Virus record (IMG/VR): IMGVR_UViG_3300028610_001072
Coordinates: 1-64,000 of that record
DNA length: 64,000 nucleotides
Direction: 5' to 3' (one strand)
DNA from: a virus
Part shown: piece after piece, positions 40,901 through 49,157 of the stretch
How the letters are laid out: the number at the start of each line of letters is the position of its first letter
Position numbering within the stretch: the stretch's first letter is position 1
The notes under the pieces: model-generated
Database searches by the model: none
What the model was told of the DNA's origin: nothing
The model's input: only the letters and a program-made list of their open reading frames with translations
Position numbers and translations under genes: made by a program

Positions 40901-41462
40901 CCGTGCCATGCCCTACCAAGATCGGTATCTTGCCATTTGCCTTGAGTTCACCGGCCTCGACAGAGATTGCCAGTAAGATAGCTTCCATCTTTTTGGTCAG
41001 CTCTGCATCAACGTTGCGGGGTTCCACTTCATCGGTCTTCGCCAGATAAAGGTATTTGGACGGATGAGGCAAGGTGAAAAATCGTACATCTGGTAATTCA
41101 GGGCTAACAAGTAGCCCCGGCTTTGAACTTATCAATAGCCGATCATGCAGTGTTGGTACATCCGTTTTTAATCGCGCCAGTAGCCCCGTCACGGCATCAA
41201 CCCGGTCATAGCGGTTAGATAGGTCGTGATTGCCCGGTATTACGATTGTAGGGGCAATCTCAGCACATCTGAGTACGCTCTCACGGATAATCAGAGCTTC
41301 CTGTGGGGATATGATTCCCCGCTTCATTATCAGATCGCCAGCTATTACAATGGCTTCTGGTTTGATGTCCTCAGCCTGTGCGACTATGAAGTCGATGGCG
41401 GGACCAATTACGTCGGCCAAGGCATCGGTAAAATGCCAGTCAGCCGTATGTAGTATTCTCAT
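37941..41462 (-). CDS. Mre11-Rad50 (SbcD-SbcC) fusion nuclease/ATPase
   Basis: N-terminal phosphoesterase ADWH, AGD, GNHD, GHLH; Walker A GLNHVGKS; long coiled coil; signature ASGFQR; Walker B IFDEG; H-loop ITH. Confidence 0.9.
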   Translation of the reverse strand: MRILHTADWHFTDALADVIGPAIDFIVAQAEDIKPEAIVIAGDLIMKRGIISPQEALIIRESVLRCAEIAPTIVIPGNHDLSNRYDRVDAVTGLLARLKTDVPTLHDRLLISSKPGLLVSPELPDVRFFTLPHPSKYLYLAKTDEVEPRNVDAELTKKMEAILLAISVEAGELKANGKIPILVGHGTVNGGVADSEKVLTAENDLVIDRHWIGDHFDAVMYGHLHKRQSVGSIVYSGAPAPMTFGQEKMIPSFELWDLVAGQHVPVEIPVAHQMLTVEVPKESFSDLNVDPVDVVFKAIEPIAIKDAKVRVRIEIASERRSLIDIPMIEGMLDKREVHSHKVMVDTVDPIRIRAEKLNAEGGMDDMLTIWSELDEDRAASLPLMKEINQAVAANIPPDVLHQLQGVNYKLQRIKGVNFKPLIDVDINFDELGSIICITGLNHVGKSQVAELERFVNWKKLRKGSQLNTAVRLGCTDTVVTSWFTASEQNETAVQYRASRTLKLDKTGEKASSVITLSKKVGESWEPMNEGDSKETQISLEKLVGSYNMYRSTRFGSQQDIDRLCGLSPSEMKETLQEAMNFTAFDLRRKAAENQLKALRGDYENVTMKMENLQTELEQEADIRKSMTQLGESKDQKVEQIETLRTQRTKAQRKIDDARKITDDRTALETQKAELEGSVGTTSTSIVSLTSILSKKDQVTAGIQRQADLQSKHDTQQELQTELANLMQEFSTEQTTLLTQRNGLQTASTNHQGGIDAIQNQKNNADEQHRNQVSAANLAVIGAEETAALTAEVPCIGMDIQSECKLLKNANEAKAEMVTLKQTHDDLVANPPDHSENDRVIKQQANAKAKVDTEITELTEQINARQTTHEINQTQYDTAKTEILTLRFDLNKEKEQNWDDVQAKVLVADTELKNAQSNLNKLNTDLAQVISKLAAMGEAVDTATLSLSVDSLSTNITSIETQRDSVVGQIGALKQSLERLDGIRADLGGLEETNRSGLSRINAFVHYLAAVSRDGIPYLLMEKSLPRFAEFANEFLCVDEGFDSALRVKIDPIKDTQDGKEKDEVVITFNDDRGNHPLSEASGFQRVAIGYSLRAAMAKIQAEATGVTINHCIFDEGWGAFDPPNLLLARRMIEKLGAEFGQFFYITHVPVLQEVADTTIHVISVDGGAAVEIL

Positions 41463-41474
41463 GGTTCGCAGTCC

Positions 41475-42605
41475 TTAGTGTGGTAGCCCGTCGGGCTTTG
41501 GTTGGTCGTATGCCCACATCAGATTTTTCACCTGATCCTCACCGCTTCGCTTCTCCCAGTTAGCGACTTCGATAATGAGCACTTCATCGGTCCCTTTGGC
41601 CTTGAGCTGACGCGATTCAATCAGATGCTCCATTTGCCTGAAACGGGCCGTTATGTCCATTTCCTTACATTGCAGCTCGAACTCTTTCCGCAGGTCATCA
41701 GCATTAGGTTGGGTTATATCATCATTATTAGACTCTGGGGAGTCATCGAAATCGGCATTAATAACACCCGGCATCCCACTGGGGGGATTGTCGCCAGCGG
41801 GATAGGTCATCCCGGTTGCATGTGACCCTGCGGCAATTACCTCAGCGCGGGTTTTAGGGTCGGCGGCCAGCTCTTCTACATTCCTGTCGATCCGGGCAAC
41901 CACGAAGGGCTTTTCCAGCTCTGCTTTAGTGTACCACGGCTTCAGGTTTGTGATCTGGCGGACCAGTCGATTTTTCGCGCCGGTCTCAGCTAACTGGAGA
42001 CCATGCTTCCGCATCTCGATCTCTCGAGCACGGCATTTTCGCTCGATGTGTACTTTAGCTTCGGCGTCGGTGAACGGTGTTAGCTTCCGCTTGGTTTTGG
42101 GGCCGCTCCATGTACCCAGATTTTTAGCCTCATGCTGCTGGGTCAGGTTCTCAAACATCTCTTCGACGTAGGCGCGGACATCAATACTCTTGGTGCCTGA
42201 TACTTCCATCTTGCTGCCATCAGGTTTTGTCACCCGCCCAACAATAAGATACTCGAAGTAGTCCCGGTCAGACCGGTCATCCTTGCGCCCGCTCTTTTCA
42301 GGAACGGAGTCAATGCCCATTGCGAACCAGAGTTTATCCAATGCGGTTTTGGTGGGCGAGAGCTTATCAACCCATGTCTTTTTGCCCCCTATTGTTACTT
42401 CGGTTCTCCCAAGGGTAAAAACTTCTTGAGCGTCGGGGTCCGAGTTGATCACTACGGTTTCGACTGTCAGCTTACTAAATCGCTGGACGCTCTCCACCAT
42501 TGTTTTGGAAGGTAGTAATGGGTTGTATTTGTCGATGGGATATTTGGTATCGAAATCGCTCACTGATACAAGTGCAGTCGAGATCGATGGTGTTTCTGTT
42601 GTCAT
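41475..42605 (-). CDS. Putative recombination (single-strand annealing-like) protein
   Basis: Directly upstream of the SbcCD fusion; AETGAKNRLVR motif and acidic linker; function inferred from context only. Confidence 0.45.
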   Translation of the reverse strand: MTTETPSISTALVSVSDFDTKYPIDKYNPLLPSKTMVESVQRFSKLTVETVVINSDPDAQEVFTLGRTEVTIGGKKTWVDKLSPTKTALDKLWFAMGIDSVPEKSGRKDDRSDRDYFEYLIVGRVTKPDGSKMEVSGTKSIDVRAYVEEMFENLTQQHEAKNLGTWSGPKTKRKLTPFTDAEAKVHIERKCRAREIEMRKHGLQLAETGAKNRLVRQITNLKPWYTKAELEKPFVVARIDRNVEELAADPKTRAEVIAAGSHATGMTYPAGDNPPSGMPGVINADFDDSPESNNDDITQPNADDLRKEFELQCKEMDITARFRQMEHLIESRQLKAKGTDEVLIIEVANWEKRSGEDQVKNLMWAYDQPKPDGLPH

Positions 42606-42713
42606 TTGATTCTCCAGACGGTTGTTATTAAATCTGTTCTAACACCCTATACATCCAACATTCCCAGAGCCTACAAACGAGACTGTGTGAACGAGAATTC
42701 CCATTATAGGGAG

Positions 42714-42902
42714 CTATTGCGGTGATTTCCCCCTTAAGCTTTTCATTCGCTTGTGCTTCTGAATATGCCCCTTAACCCCCCGGCGGATTTCCGCTGAAAG
42801 AGTTCGCTCTCCCTCGGTAGCCATCTGCCGGAGATAGGTAATATCATCATCATCAAATCTTACAGGAATGGGGGACGTTTTGGACTTTTCCACATTTGGC
42901 AT
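42714..42902 (-). CDS. Ribbon-helix-helix (Arc/CopG-like) regulator
   Basis: PIPVRFDDDDITYLRQMATEGERTLSAEIRRGV; ATG 42902 after GGAG. Confidence 0.7.
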   Translation of the reverse strand: MPNVEKSKTSPIPVRFDDDDITYLRQMATEGERTLSAEIRRGVKGHIQKHKRMKSLRGKSPQ

Positions 42903-42933
42903 AATATCTCCATTGGTGTATAACAGCGTATAA

Positions 42934-42963
42934 AATCTATATACCACTCCGGTATTTATGCAA
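42934..42963 (-). promoter_or_regulatory. Putative sigma70-type promoter for the leftward early operon
   Basis: TTGCAT-N18-TAGATT on the minus strand with AT-rich upstream element. Confidence 0.45.
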
Positions 42964-42991
42964 GCATTATTTTTATTTAATTTGATCCTCG

Positions 42992-43318
42992 ATGGAGCTG
43001 CCTGCCATATTCTCAACCCTTGAATTATCACCAGCAATCACTACGCTCCCCCCGGATTTTAATCCCCTCGATACCGTGAAACATCTGGCTGCACTGATGG
43101 ATACAGCTAAGGCTAACTATCGGCGGCTATCAATGGAATACCACCCGGATAGGGGGGGGGATATTGAGGCTATGAAGCGGTTGAATGAAGCTTATGAACA
43201 GGTACAGAAACTGCGGATCGCCCCCCGGCAGATGCCGGTTGTATCAATCGTTATCGACGCCAGTGGCATGAGTGTTCACACCGCCACATCGACCGCTACC
43301 AGCGGTTGGTCTTTCTAA
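42992..43318 (+). CDS. J-domain (DnaJ-like) protein
   Basis: KANYRRLSMEYHPDRGGDIEAMKRLNEAYEQV, including the HPD motif. Confidence 0.85.
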   Translation: MELPAIFSTLELSPAITTLPPDFNPLDTVKHLAALMDTAKANYRRLSMEYHPDRGGDIEAMKRLNEAYEQVQKLRIAPRQMPVVSIVIDASGMSVHTATSTATSGWSF

Positions 43319-43321
43319 AGC

Positions 43322-43368
43322 AAGACCCCCGACAACAGAGCATAGGGATCTCCGTCACCGGGGGCTTA
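43322..43368. terminator. Stem-loop between convergent genes
   Basis: AAGACCCCCG...CGGGGGCTT outer stem; no long U-tract. Confidence 0.35.
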
Positions 43369-43421
43369 TGGGACTCAACCAGCATACAGTTCCAAGGGCA
43401 TTGCCAGCGTCCCACTTTTAA

Positions 43422-43985
43422 TTAATAGTCTTCTTCAGGCTCCGTAAACAGCCAGTCCAGTTCGTTCAGCACAAACGGTTCGAGCCGTGGTTTGTCCTCT
43501 ACAAGATCGCTGGCGCTGGGGTTGTTCTTATCTCCCTTCACAACCGTTGCCGGAAGAGCACTGAGTATATCTTCAAGGCTGAATTGCAGGATGCCGGTGA
43601 GTGTGACTTCCTGCTTTAGACCCTCTTCGCTGTATTCGGTTAGCTTCAGCATCTTCTCGTCGTAATTGTCGTCACCCTTCCTAATCTCATACCCATTCGG
43701 GCCGGGTGTGCCACCCAAATCCTTGATGAATTTGCTGACGGCTTCATTATACTTCTCAACCTCAGCCTTAACCTTTCCCAGTGCCTTGGATATGCGGTAG
43801 GTCATCTTTATAGTCAGCGGCTTTTCAGCTAAATAATTCAGTGCTCCGAAACTTGTGATGAGTTGTTTTATTGTCAATACCACCTCTTCACCGCCGCTTT
43901 TTTTGGCATCCGTTTTCTCGGCTTCAATTTTTTCCTTCCGAGTAGTGGTTTTTCCGTTGGTCTCTTCTTCGCTTTTGGTCCCCAT
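43422..43985 (-). CDS. Hypothetical protein downstream of tail fibre genes
   Basis: 187-aa ORF; LTIKMTYRISKALGKV helical pattern. Confidence 0.6.
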   Translation of the reverse strand: MGTKSEEETNGKTTTRKEKIEAEKTDAKKSGGEEVVLTIKQLITSFGALNYLAEKPLTIKMTYRISKALGKVKAEVEKYNEAVSKFIKDLGGTPGPNGYEIRKGDDNYDEKMLKLTEYSEEGLKQEVTLTGILQFSLEDILSALPATVVKGDKNNPSASDLVEDKPRLEPFVLNELDWLFTEPEEDY

Positions 43986-44022
43986 TGGTTAGTCCCTTTT
44001 TATTCGTGTATTACTGGACGGC

Positions 44023-44295
44023 CTATCCGTTCTTTAATAATTCCGCTGCTTCTGCTATGGCTTCGCGCTCAGCCCTGTTCATGTATTCTGGTTGTGCAAA
44101 TACAGCCTCCAAAAGTTCATCCTCATTTGTCACCAGTGGGTTGGCCAACATTCGAGGCATTTCAGATTTAACTAATCTTTTTTTGCACTTGTTTGCCTTA
44201 CCGTCTAGGGCTAGTTGAATCCAACTCTCCACACTAATAACCTCATGTGCCATCACTTTATAATTTAAGTCTGAAATTTTTACTATAATTTGCAT
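44023..44295 (-). CDS. Tail fibre-associated small protein
   Basis: Immediately after the fibre gene; AT-rich like the fibre tip. Confidence 0.55.
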   Translation of the reverse strand: MQIIVKISDLNYKVMAHEVISVESWIQLALDGKANKCKKRLVKSEMPRMLANPLVTNEDELLEAVFAQPEYMNRAEREAIAEAAELLKNG

Positions 44296-44304
44296 TGTAT
44301 TTCC

Positions 44305-47300
44305 TTACGTTGCCAAAAACCCTGAGAAAACTGTGGTTTGATTGCTTGTCACTCCAACAATATCTGATTGCGGTAATCCACCACTTTGATAAAACTCAAC
44401 AAATGCTGTATCACCATCATCCATTTCAGTGGTAACGCTAATATTGGCAGTGAATTGAGCAAGGTCTGCTGTAAAATTTGGATCAATTATCCACTGGTAT
44501 CTACGTTTTGTTGTAGTAATATAGATTCTATAATTTGAAGCACCAGTATCAAGAGAATCAATACGAACAGCAGTATTAAGTTGATACTTCCCGTCAACTG
44601 GCGCAGTAAATATGTCCGTACCATTATTATAATCACCACCTTGGTCAAATACTTCAGTATTAAATTCTACTGGATGGTATGTATTTACCGATTTATTAGA
44701 GTCTGTGACACTATTGTAGGCCAAAAACGCTGGATTTAGTGGTAGCGTCCTCTCACCATCCGTAGTTATTTGCTCAAGTAATGTTCCACCACTTGTCCTG
44801 AGTTGGAACGGGTCGTCGATCTTTAATTCAACAGCAATATATCCACCTTGGGCAACATACGGATGGTGCAAGCCCCAAGCATTACCCGGCCCCATGAACC
44901 CTTCATTTGCGCCCTCGTCTGGTACTGTATAGCTGTTGAATGTAGCATTGTATCCATTCATAGAAACGTGGGCATTATTGGGGATGTACGGATGCGTGTG
45001 ACTGTTTTTGGATGTAGAGGTATTGGCAACAAGATCAATCTCTGTTGGCGTAGAAGCAAGCGAGTCACCAGCAATCCTCAGACTGCCAACAGAAGCCTGC
45101 CCGTTAATCGCTGCTGCGCCAGCACAAAGGATGCTGGCAAAGTCGCCAACACCAGCCGAAGTGATCCCATAGGTCGAGGCATTTCCAACGTACAATCCAC
45201 CCTTGAGCCATAAATCACCAAGAGTACCCGTAAGCTGTGCCAGAGCAGTCGTGGCGTTCATAAAAACAAAGCCACGCGCTGTACCAGATTTCATGCGGAA
45301 ATACATATTATAGTCAGCAGTGTTCGTGATGTACCCGCCCCAAGTGCCGTTACCGTCGGCACTCATATGAATGGAATAATCGTCGCTATTCCAAAATCTA
45401 TACCCAGCTCCGTCGGCTCCTCTGGTACGCACTTCGTTAAGGTCGTATATATCGTAACCATCCATGTCGATAGAGCCAGCCATCGTACCGCCAGATAGGG
45501 GCAGGTATCCATGATCATGATTTCCACGCGCTACTTGAGTTGACCCAGCACCTATTCCAAGACTAATAAATCCTGAACTATTCCTGCCAACCACGGCATT
45601 GATGCCAATAGCTAATGCTGAATAAGGCCCAGTGCTACCTGCATTTCGTAATCCTATAGTATATGCGCCGCCTGTATGGGAAGTAACCTGATGACTGCTC
45701 GGGACTCTTGCATCAGATAATCTGGCGTCATCTCCCTCACAAACCTTACCTGTAGTTGAACCGAAATCCGCAGATATAGTACCGACGCCTATGATGGGAC
45801 TTGGCGATGCGATAATTCCTGTCCCTGCTCCTACTGAGGTTACTGTTCCGCCACCAGCAGTTAATGAGACCCACGCTGAATCTAATAAAGCTTCTATTTT
45901 ATCAGGTGTGCCAGCAGTATATCTCATCGCGCCATTAACATTCGCTCCTGCTGTGCCCCCTAATATAAGGTGCCGAGTAACATATAAGTCCTCTTGGAAA
46001 AGTGAATCGCCTCGGAATGTTTTGATCGCCCAATTATCCCCTGAAGCACCAGCCGCTATTGGAGCATCAGCATATACCGCAACATTCTCTCCTGACCCAG
46101 AGTTTAGCGAATGAAACCACCCACCATATCCATGCGAGGTTGAACTATTATTTTGAATGGTAGATGAGCCATAGAATGCGTATCTCCACTTCGCATAATT
46201 GTCCAGATCGGCACTACTGTAAGAAGCACTCACTACCGTTGTTGACCCAGTTGTATTTGTAAAGGCATTACTAAAGACCGCTGTATTACCTCGGGTGGCA
46301 TTGTAAGCATATATATACCCCCCATAAATATTCGTGTAATGGTTGGCATCAAGAGGATTACGAATTTTCATACCAGAGTTTCCACTGCCCTCAATGTTTT
46401 CATCAATTATAACCACTTCCCCATCGTCATCGTAAAAGATAAGATTATTACCTGCGCCCCCCATTTCAATCCTCTGAAGAGAGGCGGCGGTCTTAAATAT
46501 CCCCCCCTGAATAACATTACTCGCTGTTGCTATGAAGGTCCCGTCCAGTGTGAAGTCACCCTTCATGTAGAACTCGTCGTCTGCCCCTTCACTTGTGTTC
46601 GGATGATTATTCCAGTTGATAAAGCTGGTACTATTCCCGAGAAACATGCGCGGATCGCTGGGGTAAAATACTTCAAATCCTGAACCGAGTGTGGTTATGA
46701 GAGCTGCGTTGGTGTTGTTTAGTGACATTCCTATCGGTGGAGAACCTGAAACGCTTGCCATATAACCAGTATTTATTGTCCAGCCAGTCGGACCGCCTAT
46801 ATATCCTGTGTCAGCCGTGAGATCGCCGCGAATTATCAATCCATCCGTGGGATTGTATTTCAGATACTTGGTTGATTCCCCGATGGCGATCCCATACCTA
46901 ACATTGGTTTCCCCTAAAAATCCCTTGGTATTACCAATTCGGACCCGAGTGGTCAGGACTGACTGTGGCGCACCGGCATGAGTGAAAATATCTATGTAGG
47001 GAGCATTGGTCCGATCCGCCGTCAGGATGATTCCACCTTGTCCCGATATTCCATAATCTGCAATGGCCGTGCCAATGGTGAATGTGTGCGCTGCCCCAGC
47101 TACCCACGTTGCGGTATAGTTGTAATGGGTGCCGCCTGTTAATGTCCCAGCCCCCGGTGTGAACCAGACTTCATTTGTCCCGTCATCCATAACGCAGAAT
47201 GATGCCGATCCCAATGGGTTGCTGCCGCTGGGTGGCTTCGTAACCTTGAGGTTGAATGTACCTGAGCCAGTAGTTACTGCATTTGCAAATAATTCCCCTG

Positions 47301-48744
47301 CTGAAACTGCTATAACCTGAGTACCACGGGTGACGGCCATCTCCTGAAATACAAACATCTGCGCGGCTATGTTGCCGCGAACCACAGTATTGTTGAACTC
47401 TGAATTACCGGCACCATCAATCTCCCAGCCTGTAGACCCGGAGACAAAATCTTCCATCCCTATGACTTTGCCAGCACCATCGATCTTGATTCGGTTCGAG
47501 GTTGCCCCCACATATATTAGGCCAAGGAAGTTCCCCGTTGTCGCTGTGAGCACTCCGCCCATTGTGACATTGAATGGAGCACTGCCTATGGCGGTGGCTC
47601 CAGCCCAGATTCCAGCCCCAGCCTTCATCTGGACCCTTGTGGCATCTGCTCCCGCATAAATTCCCTCAGTTGGGTCTAGGGTCATCCCTGCGGCACTTAG
47701 AACACTCCCTGACCATGTGAGTCCCGCCCCCATGCTAAAGCGGCCTGAAGCATCTGCGTAGAAGCCTGTATCGGCATTCCCGTAGTTACCAGCTCCCGCA
47801 TAAATCGCTGTTGTAGCTTCTGCTGCGGTTCCAATGATTGTGATCTTGTTGCTATGGGACCCAACTGTCAAGGTCCCTAAGATGTATCCGGTGGTGGCCG
47901 TCAGTACCCCTGAAATCTCTACGCCGGTGGCATGGAGCGTACCATCCTTTTCTACTGCGTAGGCTGCCAGTGTGGGATCAGTCTTGTGGCCGATCCACTG
48001 CCGGTAGCTGGCATGGGTTGCATCCATCCGAACAACATCATTGCCCGCCTGATCTCCCAGTATGATGTAACCAGCACTATTTAGTTCTGCATTGTTTTTC
48101 GACAGGCTTGAGGGGTTTGCGTCCCAGCCGGATAGAGTTGCCAGCGATACTGCCTGACTGTCTACCCAGTTGGCATGTTGATACCCGGTATCTTCGTTGC
48201 TTCCGCCGACACCATTGAAATAGGCATAGACCTTGATCGTGACATAATTATCCGCTGGTATCTTGATTGAGAAGTCCCGTGCTGCACTGTCAATCTTCCG
48301 GGATGGTGATGTGCCCGAAATCGCTTGGCTTGAACTTGCTCCATGTTCCCACCTGACCACAAATCCTTGATGTTTGTTCGTGGCGTCCGGTGTATAGGTC
48401 CATTGGATATAAGCATCTGACTCGATCCGGGTAATAACGTGAGTGATGGGAGCGGCCCCGTCGCCAAACGTACCAGATGGGGGAGTGTCATTAAGGAATT
48501 GTTCGCTGGACTCGAACTCTGACATATCCACGATCTCGATGCCGTAAATATCATCAGAATCAATAGTGTTCCGCCCGGAGAATAGAACGTTATATTTCCC
48601 TGTACCCGGCTCGACAAACTCCCAGTAGCCATCGGCTATCGAATGAGTTGTGTTAATCGTTGCGCCGGTGGTGAAATCCACCAGTGCAACAGCCACACCG
48701 GACAGGCCGCGAATATAGCCGCTAATATTCTCCCGCTGGGTCAC
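44305..48744 (-). CDS. Long tail fibre / receptor-binding protein with C-terminal C1q-like domain
   Basis: 1479 aa, G/T/S-rich beta repeats; C-terminal PAFLAY...FTAPVDGKYQL...GDTAFV...FSGFL. Confidence 0.85.
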   Translation of the reverse strand: MTQRENISGYIRGLSGVAVALVDFTTGATINTTHSIADGYWEFVEPGTGKYNVLFSGRNTIDSDDIYGIEIVDMSEFESSEQFLNDTPPSGTFGDGAAPITHVITRIESDAYIQWTYTPDATNKHQGFVVRWEHGASSSQAISGTSPSRKIDSAARDFSIKIPADNYVTIKVYAYFNGVGGSNEDTGYQHANWVDSQAVSLATLSGWDANPSSLSKNNAELNSAGYIILGDQAGNDVVRMDATHASYRQWIGHKTDPTLAAYAVEKDGTLHATGVEISGVLTATTGYILGTLTVGSHSNKITIIGTAAEATTAIYAGAGNYGNADTGFYADASGRFSMGAGLTWSGSVLSAAGMTLDPTEGIYAGADATRVQMKAGAGIWAGATAIGSAPFNVTMGGVLTATTGNFLGLIYVGATSNRIKIDGAGKVIGMEDFVSGSTGWEIDGAGNSEFNNTVVRGNIAAQMFVFQEMAVTRGTQVIAVSAGELFANAVTTGSGTFNLKVTKPPSGSNPLGSASFCVMDDGTNEVWFTPGAGTLTGGTHYNYTATWVAGAAHTFTIGTAIADYGISGQGGIILTADRTNAPYIDIFTHAGAPQSVLTTRVRIGNTKGFLGETNVRYGIAIGESTKYLKYNPTDGLIIRGDLTADTGYIGGPTGWTINTGYMASVSGSPPIGMSLNNTNAALITTLGSGFEVFYPSDPRMFLGNSTSFINWNNHPNTSEGADDEFYMKGDFTLDGTFIATASNVIQGGIFKTAASLQRIEMGGAGNNLIFYDDDGEVVIIDENIEGSGNSGMKIRNPLDANHYTNIYGGYIYAYNATRGNTAVFSNAFTNTTGSTTVVSASYSSADLDNYAKWRYAFYGSSTIQNNSSTSHGYGGWFHSLNSGSGENVAVYADAPIAAGASGDNWAIKTFRGDSLFQEDLYVTRHLILGGTAGANVNGAMRYTAGTPDKIEALLDSAWVSLTAGGGTVTSVGAGTGIIASPSPIIGVGTISADFGSTTGKVCEGDDARLSDARVPSSHQVTSHTGGAYTIGLRNAGSTGPYSALAIGINAVVGRNSSGFISLGIGAGSTQVARGNHDHGYLPLSGGTMAGSIDMDGYDIYDLNEVRTRGADGAGYRFWNSDDYSIHMSADGNGTWGGYITNTADYNMYFRMKSGTARGFVFMNATTALAQLTGTLGDLWLKGGLYVGNASTYGITSAGVGDFASILCAGAAAINGQASVGSLRIAGDSLASTPTEIDLVANTSTSKNSHTHPYIPNNAHVSMNGYNATFNSYTVPDEGANEGFMGPGNAWGLHHPYVAQGGYIAVELKIDDPFQLRTSGGTLLEQITTDGERTLPLNPAFLAYNSVTDSNKSVNTYHPVEFNTEVFDQGGDYNNGTDIFTAPVDGKYQLNTAVRIDSLDTGASNYRIYITTTKRRYQWIIDPNFTADLAQFTANISVTTEMDDGDTAFVEFYQSGGLPQSDIVGVTSNQTTVFSGFLAT

Positions 48745-48746
48745 TA

Positions 48747-49145
48747 TTACACTCCGCCAAGATCGATAAATACCGTGGCATCAGCGCCGGTTGTATCATG
48801 GGAATTATTTGTGAGTTTGATCGATGTTATATCGGTATCCACCAACATGAACTGAGTCCCAGTCATGGTGATCTCACCGCCGCCATCATTGATCAATAGT
48901 TCAATCGTGGCATCTGTCTCGGTATAGGTCGTTGGAAACACCGCCTTGATATACAGGAACTTGACTGTAGTGATCCCACCCAGACCTACTACGACATTAG
49001 CGCCAGCCTTTGCCAGTACAATGTCGGTCTTCAGGGGCATGGTCAGACCGGTCATGGCAATCGAGTAACTGCCTTGCAACCGTACATCACCAAGCTCGGC
49101 CCCTTCGGCTTCCATTGAATAGTTGATTTTTCCTATATTTTTCAT
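48747..49145 (-). CDS. Virion structural protein
   Basis: Beta-rich ORF within the tail operon. Confidence 0.6.
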   Translation of the reverse strand: MKNIGKINYSMEAEGAELGDVRLQGSYSIAMTGLTMPLKTDIVLAKAGANVVVGLGGITTVKFLYIKAVFPTTYTETDATIELLINDGGGEITMTGTQFMLVDTDITSIKLTNNSHDTTGADATVFIDLGGV

Positions 49146-49157
49146 CCCTACAGCTCC

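Noticed and set aside
44305-48744. Diversity-generating retroelement target in the tail fibre
   Set aside because: No reverse transcriptase and no template/variable repeat pair noticed in the window
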